61,909 nucleotides of DNA, filler included, from a candidate division TA06 bacterium SM23_40 (GCA_001303705.1; 5 parts of 5 records of this genome joined end to end with filler, not necessarily neighbours in it); one strand, 5' to 3'; shown: positions 19,681 through 29,308, counted from the first letter of the whole stretch. Notes: a model not told the origin generated them from the letters alone. A program made the numbers and translations.

Positions 19681-21689
19681 CGACCATCCCCCCCAGACAA
19701 GCCCTGCTCGATAGCCCGGACGTTTGCCGTCGCCAGTTCATTGCCCGGATCGAGGCGGAGGACTATGTTGAACTGGTGGAGAGCTTCGCGGTAGCGTCCC
19801 ACGGCACCCAGACAGATGCCGAGATTGAGGCGTATTTGGACTTCACCTTCTCCCCACCGGAGAGCCTCCCCCAGGAGTCCGATCGCCCCCAGATAGTCGC
19901 CTCGCTCTCCCAGGACCTTCGCACGTTCGAACATCAGCTGCGGATACCGCATGAGATTGTGGCGCGTCCGCTCGTCCTTGTATATCTCCTGATCGAATGC
20001 ACCGCGCAGTGACAGCCTCCCGTAATCGAAGTCGGCCAGGCTGTCATGGAGCTGAATGCGATAGACGATCCCATGGGGGATTTTGCGAGCTCTCGGAGCG
20101 AGCATGAGGGCATCGAGGTCATGCCCATTGACGAACGTAGTGCTTGACGGATGGACATCTAGATCTGATGTCAGCATCCGGTTGATCATGTTGATGAACC
20201 TGGCCTGGATCTCCTCGGAATCCTCGAGGACCCCGTGCTCGAATTGATCGAGATACTCCATGTAGGCATCGATCTCATCGCTTGCTCCCTCGGTCAGCCA
20301 CGGGTATTCCTTTGCCAGCGATCGCAGATACCATGACCGTCTGAGGAGCTCCTTGTCGATGATCGCTACATCCCGATGAAGCCCCTCGACATGTCGGATG
20401 TACAGGGCCGGCGAATAGATATCCCAGTTGTTCGTCACGATGATTCCGTTCGGGCCACCGGAGATGAGGACGTTCATGGCGTAGTCGTATGCGAGGTAGT
20501 TCCCGCTCATATCCGAGACGTGATAGTTGGCGGCAAATGCTATGACCGGCAGAATCAGTGGCACAAGTGAGATGATCGGCGATAGAGAGTGAAGTCTCGC
20601 CCGACGGTCAGCCGCCTCGATACCACCGATGAGACCGATGATCCGGAGTACACCGGCGTACGCGCCCACTCCGATCATTGCGGCGGCAACGAGGAAGATG
20701 GGCAGATAGTATGGTGCGATGTCAGGGATGTCGTAGTTGAGCACATAGAGGAGGTTGGCGACGACCACAAACAGGAAGAAGAACCCGATCTTCCGCGCCT
20801 CTCTCCCGATCAGCCAGGCTCCGCCGATGGCGACTAACAGAGGCAGAGGATGGAACTGCCGAAAGAGGAGCAGGACAAACTCGCCGAGACGCCTCAAGAT
20901 AGCGCCTGCCGAGGAGCCGAACATCCATACACGGTACTGCTTGGCGGAGATGTGCCACAGAAAGCGCTCGGCTGTGCGGGGATCGCCCCAGTTGAGCAGC
21001 GGCTCGCGCGTCGATCGCAGGGGAAGATAGAGGTAGATGGCCAGGGCCAGTGCCCCCAGCACTGCGCCTGCGAGCAGTATCCTCCACTGGCCCGCAGAGC
21101 GCACCCACGCGAGCACGAAGACGACCGCCACCGGCAGGGCAACGGTAATGATGCTCAGATGATTGCCCATCGACAGGGCCACGAGATAGCAGAGAAGCAG
21201 GGCATATCGCGCTGTGCGGGCACCTCCCTGGAGCACCGCGAATAGAGACCAGAGGAGCAGCGCCCCCAGCGCAGCGGAAAGTGCGTACACCTCCGCGACA
21301 ACGGCCTGAGACCAGAGCGTCAGAGACCACGCAAAGCAGAGGGCGCCCGAGAGCGCCGCAGGTGCCGCCCACGCGCTCTCGCCGCCCTCCGTCACCAGTC
21401 CGATGAGCCGCAGAAAGGCGCAGTACGCAACGAAGCTGGCGAACGATGCCGCCAGCGCCGACAGAAGGTTGATCCTCAGTGCCACACTGCCAACGGGAGC
21501 CAGGACTGCAAGTCTGGAGAGGAGTGTGTACAGTGGATAGCCTGTGGGATGTGCAATCCCGAGCGTCCATGCGTTTGTCGTCAATTCGCCGCTATCGATG
21601 AACCCCACGGTCGGACAGAGAGTACGACCGTACACTGCCAGCGATAGAAGCACTACCGCAAATCCGCCGAGCCGTCGAAAAATGCCCAC
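19677..21689 (-). CDS. DUF2723 / TMEM260-like membrane glycosyltransferase with C-terminal TPR
   Basis: PTV...DSGEL...LGIAHPTGYPLY, AEVYAL, NHL, YLYLPLR...NWGDP motifs. Confidence 0.85.
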   Translation of the reverse strand: MGIFRRLGGFAVVLLSLAVYGRTLCPTVGFIDSGELTTNAWTLGIAHPTGYPLYTLLSRLAVLAPVGSVALRINLLSALAASFASFVAYCAFLRLIGLVTEGGESAWAAPAALSGALCFAWSLTLWSQAVVAEVYALSAALGALLLWSLFAVLQGGARTARYALLLCYLVALSMGNHLSIITVALPVAVVFVLAWVRSAGQWRILLAGAVLGALALAIYLYLPLRSTREPLLNWGDPRTAERFLWHISAKQYRVWMFGSSAGAILRRLGEFVLLLFRQFHPLPLLVAIGGAWLIGREARKIGFFFLFVVVANLLYVLNYDIPDIAPYYLPIFLVAAAMIGVGAYAGVLRIIGLIGGIEAADRRARLHSLSPIISLVPLILPVIAFAANYHVSDMSGNYLAYDYAMNVLISGGPNGIIVTNNWDIYSPALYIRHVEGLHRDVAIIDKELLRRSWYLRSLAKEYPWLTEGASDEIDAYMEYLDQFEHGVLEDSEEIQARFINMINRMLTSDLDVHPSSTTFVNGHDLDALMLAPRARKIPHGIVYRIQLHDSLADFDYGRLSLRGAFDQEIYKDERTRHNLMRYPQLMFERAKVLGERGDYLGAIGLLGEALRWGEGEVQIRLNLGICLGAVGRYREALHQFNIVLRLDPGNELATANVRAIEQGLSGGDGR

Positions 21690-21810
21690 GCCCCCCGCAG
21701 TGACTGCGCCGCATACAGGTCAGGCCGGACATGATGATCCGGCCCGCCCAGCTCCTCTCGATCGATCACATTCAAACGCTGCTCTCCCTCAGGGACCTCA
21801 CAGTGCCAAC

Positions 21811-21887
21811 TGGTGGGGCATGCAGGATTCGAACCTGCGACCTTCGGCTCCGGAGGCCGACGCTCTATCCAGCTGAGCCAATGCCCC
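21811..21887 (-). tRNA. tRNA-Arg (anticodon CCG)
   Basis: 77-nt cloverleaf GGGGCAT...GCTCAGCTGGATAGAGC...CT-CCG-GA...GGTTCGAATCC...TGCCCCACCA with encoded CCA. Confidence 0.97.
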
Positions 21888-22031
21888 CTCCCTCGCTCCT
21901 ACTGGCCCCGCCGCCAACGGCCCTTGCCCCATGGCGGCATCCCTGCAATGCCGGGCGGCCGGCCACGCAAGCCCACACCGAACAGAGAGCAGAGCGCGTG
22001 AATCCGGATCACCCGGATGAGCAACTACCCT

Positions 22032-22127
22032 TTAGCGAAGCTTCTTCTTGTGGCGGTGCATCTTCCTCCGCTTCTTGCGCTTATGAGTTGCGATCTTATG
22101 TCGCTTTCGTTTCCTGCCGCAGGGCAC
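22032..22127 (-). CDS. small basic ribosomal protein bS22-like (AURKAIP1/COX24 family), 31 aa
   Basis: Translated by hand: GTG start, MPCGRKRKRHKIATHKRKKRRKMHRHKKKLR-TAA. Below the ORF-track cutoff; immediately downstream of HU. Confidence 0.85.
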   Translation of the reverse strand: MPCGRKRKRHKIATHKRKKRRKMHRHKKKLR

Positions 22128-22148
22128 CGGTGCTGGGACACCCCCCTT

Positions 22149-22424
22149 CTATCGTGCAACGATCTCCTTGAATTTTCTTGATGGTTTGAACGTGGGTACA
22201 AGCCCAGCCGGGACCTCTACCGGAGCGCCGGTTCGCGGGTTCCTGGCGGTACGACGCCTCCGCTCCTTGTTCTTGAAGACGCCGAACCCACGTATCTCGA
22301 TCCTCTTGTTCTCCTTTAGTGCAGCTCGGATGCGGTCGATGAAGGTGTCCACTACGGCAGCGGTGTCCTTTTTCGTGAGACCGGTCATGGAAGCGACTTC
22401 TTCCACCAAATCGGCCTTTGTCAT
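22149..22424 (-). CDS. hup: HU/IHF family DNA-binding protein
   Basis: MTKADLV, IEIRGFGVF, ARNPRTG, PTFKPS. Confidence 0.93.
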   Translation of the reverse strand: MTKADLVEEVASMTGLTKKDTAAVVDTFIDRIRAALKENKRIEIRGFGVFKNKERRRRTARNPRTGAPVEVPAGLVPTFKPSRKFKEIVAR

Positions 22425-22448
22425 CCTTCCGCCTCCTGGTGTTGAGTG

Positions 22449-22673
22449 TTAAGATCCGCAACTCTCGCAACTTGTGGCACTGCACGTGCTGCAGCTGGAG
22501 GCCGAGTGGGAGGTCGACGAAGATCCACCAGACAGCGAAAATATCGATAGTGTCCGCTCGAGCTCACGGGAAGAGCAGTGCGGGCAGACGAGCTCTTCCT
22601 CCTCCTCAGATGAATAGACAAGTGCCTCGACTCGGCCGCCGCATCGACGGCATCGATACTCATAGATCGGCAT
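22449..22673 (-). CDS. FmdB-family zinc-ribbon protein
   Basis: MPIYEYRCRRCG...CPHCSS, Ser-rich linker, terminal CxxC..CxxC. Confidence 0.85.
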   Translation of the reverse strand: MPIYEYRCRRCGGRVEALVYSSEEEEELVCPHCSSRELERTLSIFSLSGGSSSTSHSASSCSTCSATSCESCGS

Positions 22674-22817
22674 AGCGTCAACCCGACTCCTCTAGCTCCC
22701 CGATCGACCGCACAACCGTAACATATCACCGTTTCGTCGGTTGTGTCAAGCCTTTTTTCGGGATCACGGCCGGTCCTTGTCCACCGGCATCGACTCGACC
22801 GCCCATTCGCGGGGCCC

Positions 22818-23708
22818 TCAGCGAGCAGGAACCGCCATTCTGTACTCGAGACGGCAGGTCGCCAATTCGTTCCCCACTCTCTCTGCAGTCTGCCCCAACA
22901 GGAGATCGAGGAGCGAGAATTGGCGCCGCTTCTCCTTCACCACCCTCGGCCTGCCCTCGATGCCGACCATCGCTCCCGCCAGTTCGACGGCATCCTCCAG
23001 GGAGCCGATGCGGTCGACCAGACCGAGTTCTTCGGCCTGGCGTCCTGAGAGGAGACGACCATCTGCAACGCGCAGCACCTCTTCCCTCGGCAATCCTCGC
23101 TCAGCCACGACCACACTGATGAACTGCTCATAGACATCGTCGATCATGTCTTGCACCAGATGCCGCTCGGCATCTGTCATTTCACGATAGGGAGATCCGA
23201 TGTCCTTGTATTCGTTCGACTTGATCGTCTCGAATCCGACGCCGACCTTCTCCAGCAATTCGTAAGCCATGGGGAACTTCATCTGCACGCCGATCGATCC
23301 CGTTATCGTACCGGGATTCGCCATGATGCTGTCCGCACCGCAGGCGATGTAGTACGCTCCCGATGCCCCCAGAGCCCCTATCGAAGCGATCACCGGCTTC
23401 CCGGATTCGCCCACCCGCTTCACCTCGGCGTAGATCTCTTGCGACGGCCCGACAACACCGCCCCCGGAGTCGATCCGCAGTATGATCGCTCCCACAGAGT
23501 GCGCCTCGCTATAGCGCCGCAGCTGACGGACGATCTCCTCCGCATCCCAGATGGGCCCCATCACCTCCACCAGCGCAACATCCCGGCCGAGAGGCCAGAG
23601 CAGAGGCTGCTCGCCGACCAGAGCGAACATCACCAATGCCACGAGAAGTATCGCGAACACCGCGACGAATGCACCAAGAATGAAGAATAGACAGCCTTGT
23701 CTTCGCAT
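22818..23708 (-). CDS. sppA: signal peptide peptidase SppA (short type)
   Basis: IDSGGG, ASGAYYIA, TITGSIGV, YKDIGSP. Confidence 0.9.
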   Translation of the reverse strand: MRRQGCLFFILGAFVAVFAILLVALVMFALVGEQPLLWPLGRDVALVEVMGPIWDAEEIVRQLRRYSEAHSVGAIILRIDSGGGVVGPSQEIYAEVKRVGESGKPVIASIGALGASGAYYIACGADSIMANPGTITGSIGVQMKFPMAYELLEKVGVGFETIKSNEYKDIGSPYREMTDAERHLVQDMIDDVYEQFISVVVAERGLPREEVLRVADGRLLSGRQAEELGLVDRIGSLEDAVELAGAMVGIEGRPRVVKEKRRQFSLLDLLLGQTAERVGNELATCRLEYRMAVPAR

Positions 23709-23718
23709 TAGACTCACC

Positions 23719-24249
23719 CTACCATCCTTCAACGGTCCGTCTCAGGACGTCGCTTGCGAGCTGCTCGATCGCTCGATCCGTTCCGTCTTCCTCGGTCTCC
23801 GTGCTGGCGAAGTAGGTCCCCCATCCACGTATCTTCTCCTCTTCCCATATCACCTCGTCCCGAACGGCATCCCGGTACGTAATATTGACCCATATCTCGA
23901 CCTGGTACTGGATCACCTGTTCCTGCTGATCATACGAGTAGGCTGACCGCCGATAATCGCTCACGCTTCCTTCGAGCACCGAGTCACTCTCTCCCGGGTC
24001 CACGACCCTGAGGTGGTTGTCCTTGATAAACTCTTCAACAAGCTGCTCAGTAAGACGCTCCTCGAGTCCGTACTCGACGGTCTCATTGCCCATCATGGGG
24101 ATGCTGATCGTCTGTATGTGGCCTGGCAACAGGGTCGAGAAGGTATAAGTGCAGTGCACTGCCGTGAGGATAGCCACACCCGATAGGAGGAGAATCCACG
24201 AGGGTGTGCGCCGTGCAGGGCGAACGATGCTACCGAGGGGCACGTTCAC
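23719..24249 (-). CDS. LptE-like LPS assembly lipoprotein
   Basis: Cys after a hydrophobic stretch (CTYTFS), LPGHIQTISIP..NET..GLE..LT, ending VEGW. Confidence 0.7.
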   Translation of the reverse strand: MNVPLGSIVRPARRTPSWILLLSGVAILTAVHCTYTFSTLLPGHIQTISIPMMGNETVEYGLEERLTEQLVEEFIKDNHLRVVDPGESDSVLEGSVSDYRRSAYSYDQQEQVIQYQVEIWVNITYRDAVRDEVIWEEEKIRGWGTYFASTETEEDGTDRAIEQLASDVLRRTVEGW

Positions 24250-25279
24250 CTCCCCATGCTGCCTCCTTTTCGGTGATCTCAGAGTAGGAGACTACCAGGT
24301 TCTTGCCCAGGCGGGCGGCCTCATACAGCGCCCTATCGGCCGCATCGAGCAGCTGCATCGGAAGTTGGGCATCTCCCGGAAAGGAGGCGATGCCGATCTT
24401 GATCGTGAGTGACTCGCCCTCGCTCCTCTCGTCGCCGGTCGAGAATCGATGAGCCTCCACTGCCTTACGAATCCGCTCCGCGGTCAGAAAAGCCTGTTTC
24501 GCTCCAGTCTCAGGCAGTACGAGGGCGAACTCATCGCCGCCGTACTTGGCCACGATATCGAACGCCCGGGTGCCGCGTTTCAGGAGTTGGGCGATATCCC
24601 TGAGCGCCGCGCTCCCCCTGAGATGTCCGTAGGTGTCATTGAAGCTCTTGAGATTGTCGACGTCGATCATCGCCACGGAGAGGGCCCGGCCAAAGCGGAG
24701 AGAACGCTTCAGTTCCTGCTGGAGCATGTGTACGAGGTAGCGGTAGTTGTAGATGGCCGTCAATTCGTCCGTGATCGCCAGGTGCTCTGTTCGCTGGTGA
24801 TGGAAGATATTGCGGAGCGCCCTCCCGGTCTCCTCGACGAGCCCGCGGGCTCTCGATTCAGTCTCCTCATCCCATGGGCCACAGTTGAAGAGGCCGAGGG
24901 TGCCGATGGCCCGGCCGCGACGCATGAGAGGGACGAACCTGATCTCGCGGATCTCGATTCCCGGCACGCCATCGATCGTGCTATTGAACCCCATCTCGAT
25001 ATCGCCGCGACGGTACGTGATCTCCTCGGCCGTCGTGAGGACCTGTTCCGTGAGGCTTGACTCGAGCCTGATCGTCTCTTCCTCAACGGTGCGCTCCCTC
25101 ACCTGCCAGAACTTCTCGAGTGCTTTGCCCTTGCGGATCATCACAGTGATCCCCTCGGGACCGAGAAAGCGAAACGCACAGCCCATGGCGCCCTCGATCA
25201 TGCCTCTCAGATCGAGCGTGTCGTGCACCCCTCTACAGAGCTCCCGATAGTAATCCGTGGTGGTCGGCCTGTCACCCAT
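24230..25279 (-). CDS. GAF-GGDEF diguanylate cyclase
   Basis: TDELTAIYN, DVDNLKSFNDTYGH, YGGDEF active site, RAFD I-site-like motif. Confidence 0.9.
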   Translation of the reverse strand: MGDRPTTTDYYRELCRGVHDTLDLRGMIEGAMGCAFRFLGPEGITVMIRKGKALEKFWQVRERTVEEETIRLESSLTEQVLTTAEEITYRRGDIEMGFNSTIDGVPGIEIREIRFVPLMRRGRAIGTLGLFNCGPWDEETESRARGLVEETGRALRNIFHHQRTEHLAITDELTAIYNYRYLVHMLQQELKRSLRFGRALSVAMIDVDNLKSFNDTYGHLRGSAALRDIAQLLKRGTRAFDIVAKYGGDEFALVLPETGAKQAFLTAERIRKAVEAHRFSTGDERSEGESLTIKIGIASFPGDAQLPMQLLDAADRALYEAARLGKNLVVSYSEITEKEAAWGGERAPR

Positions 25280-25344
25280 ACTGGCGGACCTCTCTACTGC
25301 TGAATGTGTTCCGTCACTCGCCGGCGGTATTCAGACAACACTAC

Positions 25345-25373
25345 AATATACTTACATAGACCCAGGCTGTCAA
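25345..25373 (-). promoter_or_regulatory. sigma70-like promoter for GGDEF-lptE-sppA
   Basis: TTGACA-17 bp-TATATT on the minus strand. Confidence 0.55.
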
Positions 25374-25435
25374 GCTAAGATTCTACGCTGTCGAGACTTC
25401 TCGCTTCGCCTCCTGTGCCGAATTCTCGCAATCGG

Positions 25436-25946
25436 CTAGACCGGGATCGCCCTGTCCTTGAACAGATACCTCTTTATCTTCCTCGTCGTGGTCATCGGGA
25501 AGCCCTCGCGGCGGATCTCCAATCGCTTCACGCGCTTGTACGGGGCGAGCCGCTCACAGCACTTCTTCACCTCGCTCCTGAGCAGTTCATGGAGCTCGTC
25601 GTCGGTGAGAACGGCTCCCCTCGACCGTTCCATCTTCGATAGTACTTCCTCGTCTACAACGATGATTGCCTGGACATCCTCTCGCTCCGTCTCCGGATCC
25701 GTCCTCCCCACCACGAGTGCCTCAGCGATGTATGGACTCAAGACCAATTCAGCCTCGACCTCCTCAGGGTAGACGTTCTTCCCTGCGCTCGTCACGATGA
25801 CGTCCTTCACTCTCCCGACCACGAAGAGATAGCCCTTCTCGTCGATCCCTCCCAGATCGCCCGTGTACAGCCAGCCCTCGCGGATGGTCCGCTTCGTCAA
25901 TTCCTCGTCACCATAGTACCCCGCCATCACGTTTTCACCCCTGGCG
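25436..25946 (-). CDS. long-chain acyl-CoA synthetase, C-terminal part (truncated by contig end)
   Basis: GENVMAGYY, GWLYTGDLG, GRVKDVIV..AGKNVYPEEVE, TTTRKIKR. Confidence 0.88.
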
Positions 25947-26046
25947 NNNNNNNNNNNNNNNNNNNNNNNNNNNNNNNNNNNNNNNNNNNNTTAATTAATT
26001 AANNNNNNNNNNNNNNNNNNNNNNNNNNNNNNNNNNNNNNNNNNNN
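25947..26046. other. artificial contig linker
   Basis: N-run/TTAATTAATTAA/N-run (six-frame stop spacer). Confidence 0.98.
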
Positions 26047-26124
26047 AAATTTCGTAAGATCGCGCACTGTCAGATCCGTTGCATAACCGGCCCAGAGGGT
26101 GGGCGCTAACAAGAGTCTGTGCAC

Positions 26125-26361
26125 ATGTGCCTTGCCATACCGATGAAAGTCGTTGAGATCGAGGGAGAGCGCGGGCTCGTCGAGCAGGGCGGCGTGCGGC
26201 GCCCGGCAGACCTCCGTCTGCTCGAGGAGGTGAGCGTCGGCGACTACGTCATCGTGCACGCCGGCTTTGCCATCTCCCGCCTCGATACCGAGGAGGCGGA
26301 GGAGACGCTTCGGCTCTTCGCCGAGCTGATCGACGCAGAGGAAGGGTCTGACGAGACGTGA
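26125..26361 (+). CDS. hypC: hydrogenase maturation chaperone HypC
   Basis: MCLAIP N-terminus, VGDYVIVHAGFAI. Confidence 0.96.
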   Translation: MCLAIPMKVVEIEGERGLVEQGGVRRPADLRLLEEVSVGDYVIVHAGFAISRLDTEEAEETLRLFAELIDAEEGSDET

Positions 26362-27449
26362 AGTATCTGGATGAGTTTCGCAAACCGGAGGTAGCGCGGC
26401 GTCTGGCGGCCCAGATCGAGCGTGTAGCGGGAACGCGGCGCATCGCGATGATGGAAGTCTGCGGCACGCACACCATGGCTGCGGCGCGGTACGGCATACG
26501 CGAGCTGCTGCCCGCCGGCGTTGAACTCATCTCCGGACCCGGGTGCCCGGTCTGCGTCACGTCGAACAGGTACCTGGACACGGCAGTTGCCCTGGCCCGG
26601 CAGGAGAATACGACGCTCGTCACGTTCGGAGACATGTTTCGAGTACCGGGATCTACTTCCAGCCTGGAATGGGAGAAGATGCGCGGAGCCGATGTGCGCA
26701 TCGTCTACTCGCCGAGCGACGCGGTCGAGCTGGCGGCCCGGGAGCCGGATCGAAATATCGTATTCCTCGGCGTGGGATTCGAGACGACCGCCCCCCTTGT
26801 GGCTGCCTCGGTGTTGGAGGCCCGCGATCGGTCTATCGCCAACTTCAGTGTGTTCTGCGGGCACAAAGTGATTCCGCCCGCGCTCAATGCACTCGCGACC
26901 GACGCCAAGCTCGGTGTCGATGGCTTTCTCTGCCCTGGTCATGTGAGCGCGATTATCGGCGCCCGCCCATACGAATTCCTCCCCCGCGACTACGGGATTC
27001 CGTGTGTCGTTGCTGGGTTCGAGCCGAGCGACATACTCGAGGGAGTTCTCATGCTGGTCAAACAGGTGGCGGATGGACGGGCTGAGGTGGAGATCCAATA
27101 TAGCAGGGTTGTGGACTGGGATGGCAACCTTAAGGCACGGGAGATCATGGACCGCGCATTCGACAGAGCGGCCGCAGAGTGGCGCGGCCTCGGTGTGATG
27201 CCGGATAGCGGGCTCGTGATCCGTCCGGAGCTCGCAAGGTGGGACGCTGAGCGGCTGTTTGACGTACAAGTCGAGGAGACGCGGGAGGCGCCGGGCTGTG
27301 CGTGCGGCGACGTGCTGCGCGGAGTGACGAGGCCTCCGGAGTGCCCTCTGTTCGCGGCAGGGTGCACGCCCGATAACCCTGTCGGGCCCTGCATGGTCTC
27401 CTCAGAGGGAACGTGCGCAGCCTACTATCGGTACCTCAGGAGCACGTGA
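26358..27449 (+). CDS. hypD: hydrogenase maturation protein HypD
   Basis: MEVCGTHT, GPGCPVCVT, GFETTAP, PGHVS, GPCMVSSEGTCAAYY. Confidence 0.97.
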   Translation: MKYLDEFRKPEVARRLAAQIERVAGTRRIAMMEVCGTHTMAAARYGIRELLPAGVELISGPGCPVCVTSNRYLDTAVALARQENTTLVTFGDMFRVPGSTSSLEWEKMRGADVRIVYSPSDAVELAAREPDRNIVFLGVGFETTAPLVAASVLEARDRSIANFSVFCGHKVIPPALNALATDAKLGVDGFLCPGHVSAIIGARPYEFLPRDYGIPCVVAGFEPSDILEGVLMLVKQVADGRAEVEIQYSRVVDWDGNLKAREIMDRAFDRAAAEWRGLGVMPDSGLVIRPELARWDAERLFDVQVEETREAPGCACGDVLRGVTRPPECPLFAAGCTPDNPVGPCMVSSEGTCAAYYRYLRST

Positions 27450-27640
27450 TGGATCTCGCGGGCAGGTGGGGGATCTCAGTAGCGCGTGAGGGTCGGGCAG
27501 GCGGACATCCCGGTGACCAGCGAGGATCTTTCGGGTACGCGGGGATCTCGCGCGCACGTGGCGGATCTCGGTAGCACATGAGGATCTCGGTAGCACGTGA
27601 TGGATCTCGCGGGCGCGTGATGGACCCGAGCAGCGCACGA
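27441..27640 (+). repeat. degenerate tandem repeat, ~19-20 nt unit (AGCACGTGATGGATCTCG..), beginning inside the hypD 3' end
   Basis: GGATCT cores at 27451, 27471, 27524, 27543, 27563, 27582 and 27602. 23-bp exact copy at 27441-27463 and 27592-27614. Confidence 0.85.
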
Positions 27641-27734
27641 CAGTGGGTCGCGGGCTAGAGCAGGGGTGACGAGCCGAAATATCCTCCGAGAGCGCGGTTC
27701 ATCATTCCCCGGATTACAGGTCGAATAGTAGGTG

Positions 27735-27940
27735 CAGGCAGCAGATCAGGTGGCGGGCCAGGCAGTAGATCAGGTGATATGCCGGGCACCAGCTAAGGCT
27801 AAGAGGCTAGGCACCAGATCGGGCTAAGGGGCTGGCCACCAGATCAGGCCACAGATCAGATAACAGGCCAGACACCAGATTAGACAACAGGCCAGGCACC
27901 AGATCAGGCAGCAGATCAGGTCACGGATCAGGCAGCTGCC
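27735..27940 (+). repeat. degenerate tandem repeat with CAGGCA(C/G)CAGATCAGG-like ~12/24-nt units
   Basis: Many AGATCAG(G) cores in succession within the hypD-hypE spacer. Confidence 0.75.
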
Positions 27941-28055
27941 CAGTTGACAAGCCGGACAGCAGATCGAGTGACCAGCCGGAGAATAGATATCATAATTGAC
28001 ATGCCCACGTCACGAGATTGACACGCGTACGTCATCACGAGAGAGGTCCGGGCGC

Positions 28056-29069
28056 ATGGCCACACAGGGGACGATCAGGCTCGCTCACGGCAGCGGGGGC
28101 AAACTGACGCACGATCTGGTCGAGAGAATGTTTCTGCCCCGGTTCCGGAATGCAGTCCTCGAGGAACTCGCCGATGCGGCGCGGGTTGCTATCGGGGGAT
28201 TGCGGCTGGCATTCACTACCGACTCCTATGTCGTGAAGCCCCTCTTCTTCCCGGGAGGAGACATCGGCCGTCTGGCCGTCTCAGGCACGGTGAACGATCT
28301 CGCTGTCGTAGGCGCGAGGCCGCTCTTCGTCTCCTCTGCACTCATCATCGAGGAGGGAATCGAGGAGGAGCTGCTTGTGCGTGTGACGGACTCGATGCAC
28401 GCAGCGGCAGCGGAGGCTGGCGTGGAGATCGTCGCCGGGGATACAAAAGTCGTGGAGAAGGGTGGGGCTGACGGGCTGTTCATCAACACCTCTGGGCTGG
28501 GTGTTATCGATGGTGAGATCGACCTGGGCCCGCATCGCGTCAAGGCCGGCGATCGCGTCCTTGTCAGCGGGAGCGTGGCCGACCACGGTATTGCAGTCAT
28601 GGCAGCACGGCAGGAACTCGGACTCGAGCCCCCCATCGAGACTGACTGTGCCCCTCTCGGCGGCCTCGTGGCGGACCTGCTCGCGCTGGGACAGGCCATC
28701 AGGTTCATGCGAGACCCGACCAGGGGAGGGGTGGCCATGAGCCTTAACGAGATGGCGCTCCAGGCGGAGAAGGTGGTAGTCATAGATGAGACAGAGGTGC
28801 CGGTGAAGGAGAGTGTACGGAGCGCCTGCGAGCTCCTGGGATTCGACCCGCTCTATGTTGCGAATGAGGGGAAGGTCGTCGCCATCGTCGCTGCCGAGGC
28901 GGCGGACGAGGCCATCGGAATACTGCGGCAGCATCCTCTGGGGAGAGACGCTCGCCTTATCGGCGAGGTAGCCGACGGAGAACGACCGCACGTAGTCCTC
29001 CGAACCGCGATCGGGGGGAGGCGCATCGTCGACATGCCCGTCGGCGAACAACTCCCCAGGATCTGCTGA
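28056..29069 (+). CDS. hypE: hydrogenase maturation carbamoyl dehydratase HypE
   Basis: LAHGSGG, TTDSYVV.PLFFPGGDIG, RDPTRGG, ANEG, C-terminal LPRIC. Confidence 0.97.
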   Translation: MATQGTIRLAHGSGGKLTHDLVERMFLPRFRNAVLEELADAARVAIGGLRLAFTTDSYVVKPLFFPGGDIGRLAVSGTVNDLAVVGARPLFVSSALIIEEGIEEELLVRVTDSMHAAAAEAGVEIVAGDTKVVEKGGADGLFINTSGLGVIDGEIDLGPHRVKAGDRVLVSGSVADHGIAVMAARQELGLEPPIETDCAPLGGLVADLLALGQAIRFMRDPTRGGVAMSLNEMALQAEKVVVIDETEVPVKESVRSACELLGFDPLYVANEGKVVAIVAAEAADEAIGILRQHPLGRDARLIGEVADGERPHVVLRTAIGGRRIVDMPVGEQLPRIC

Positions 29070-29308
29070 CCTGAGGAGTCGGGGGCGTCGGCTTTCAGTG
29101 AGGGCGAGCAGTCTCGAGAGCGGGAGAGAGTCAGCCCTGGGTTGCTCTGTAGTCGGGGCTCAGTCGGTTTGTGAGTGAGGGGCAATCGATTTCTTCTTGA
29201 GAAGGTAGTGCGCTCTGGAGTGAGGGAGTAGTCGGTCATCTGGGTAAGGCGTCTGTCTCTTGGTCGGCGGCGGCCGGCATCGCAGGGATCAGGCTGAGGA
29301 TAGATCGT

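Noticed and set aside
25947-26046. TTAATTAATTAA palindrome as a biological site (also at the three other gaps)
   Set aside because: It is an identical N-flanked six-frame-stop linker inserted when the contigs were concatenated.
27441-27940. CRISPR array or coding region between hypD and hypE
   Set aside because: No repeat-spacer alternation. The ORFs here are short, low-complexity products of the repeats.
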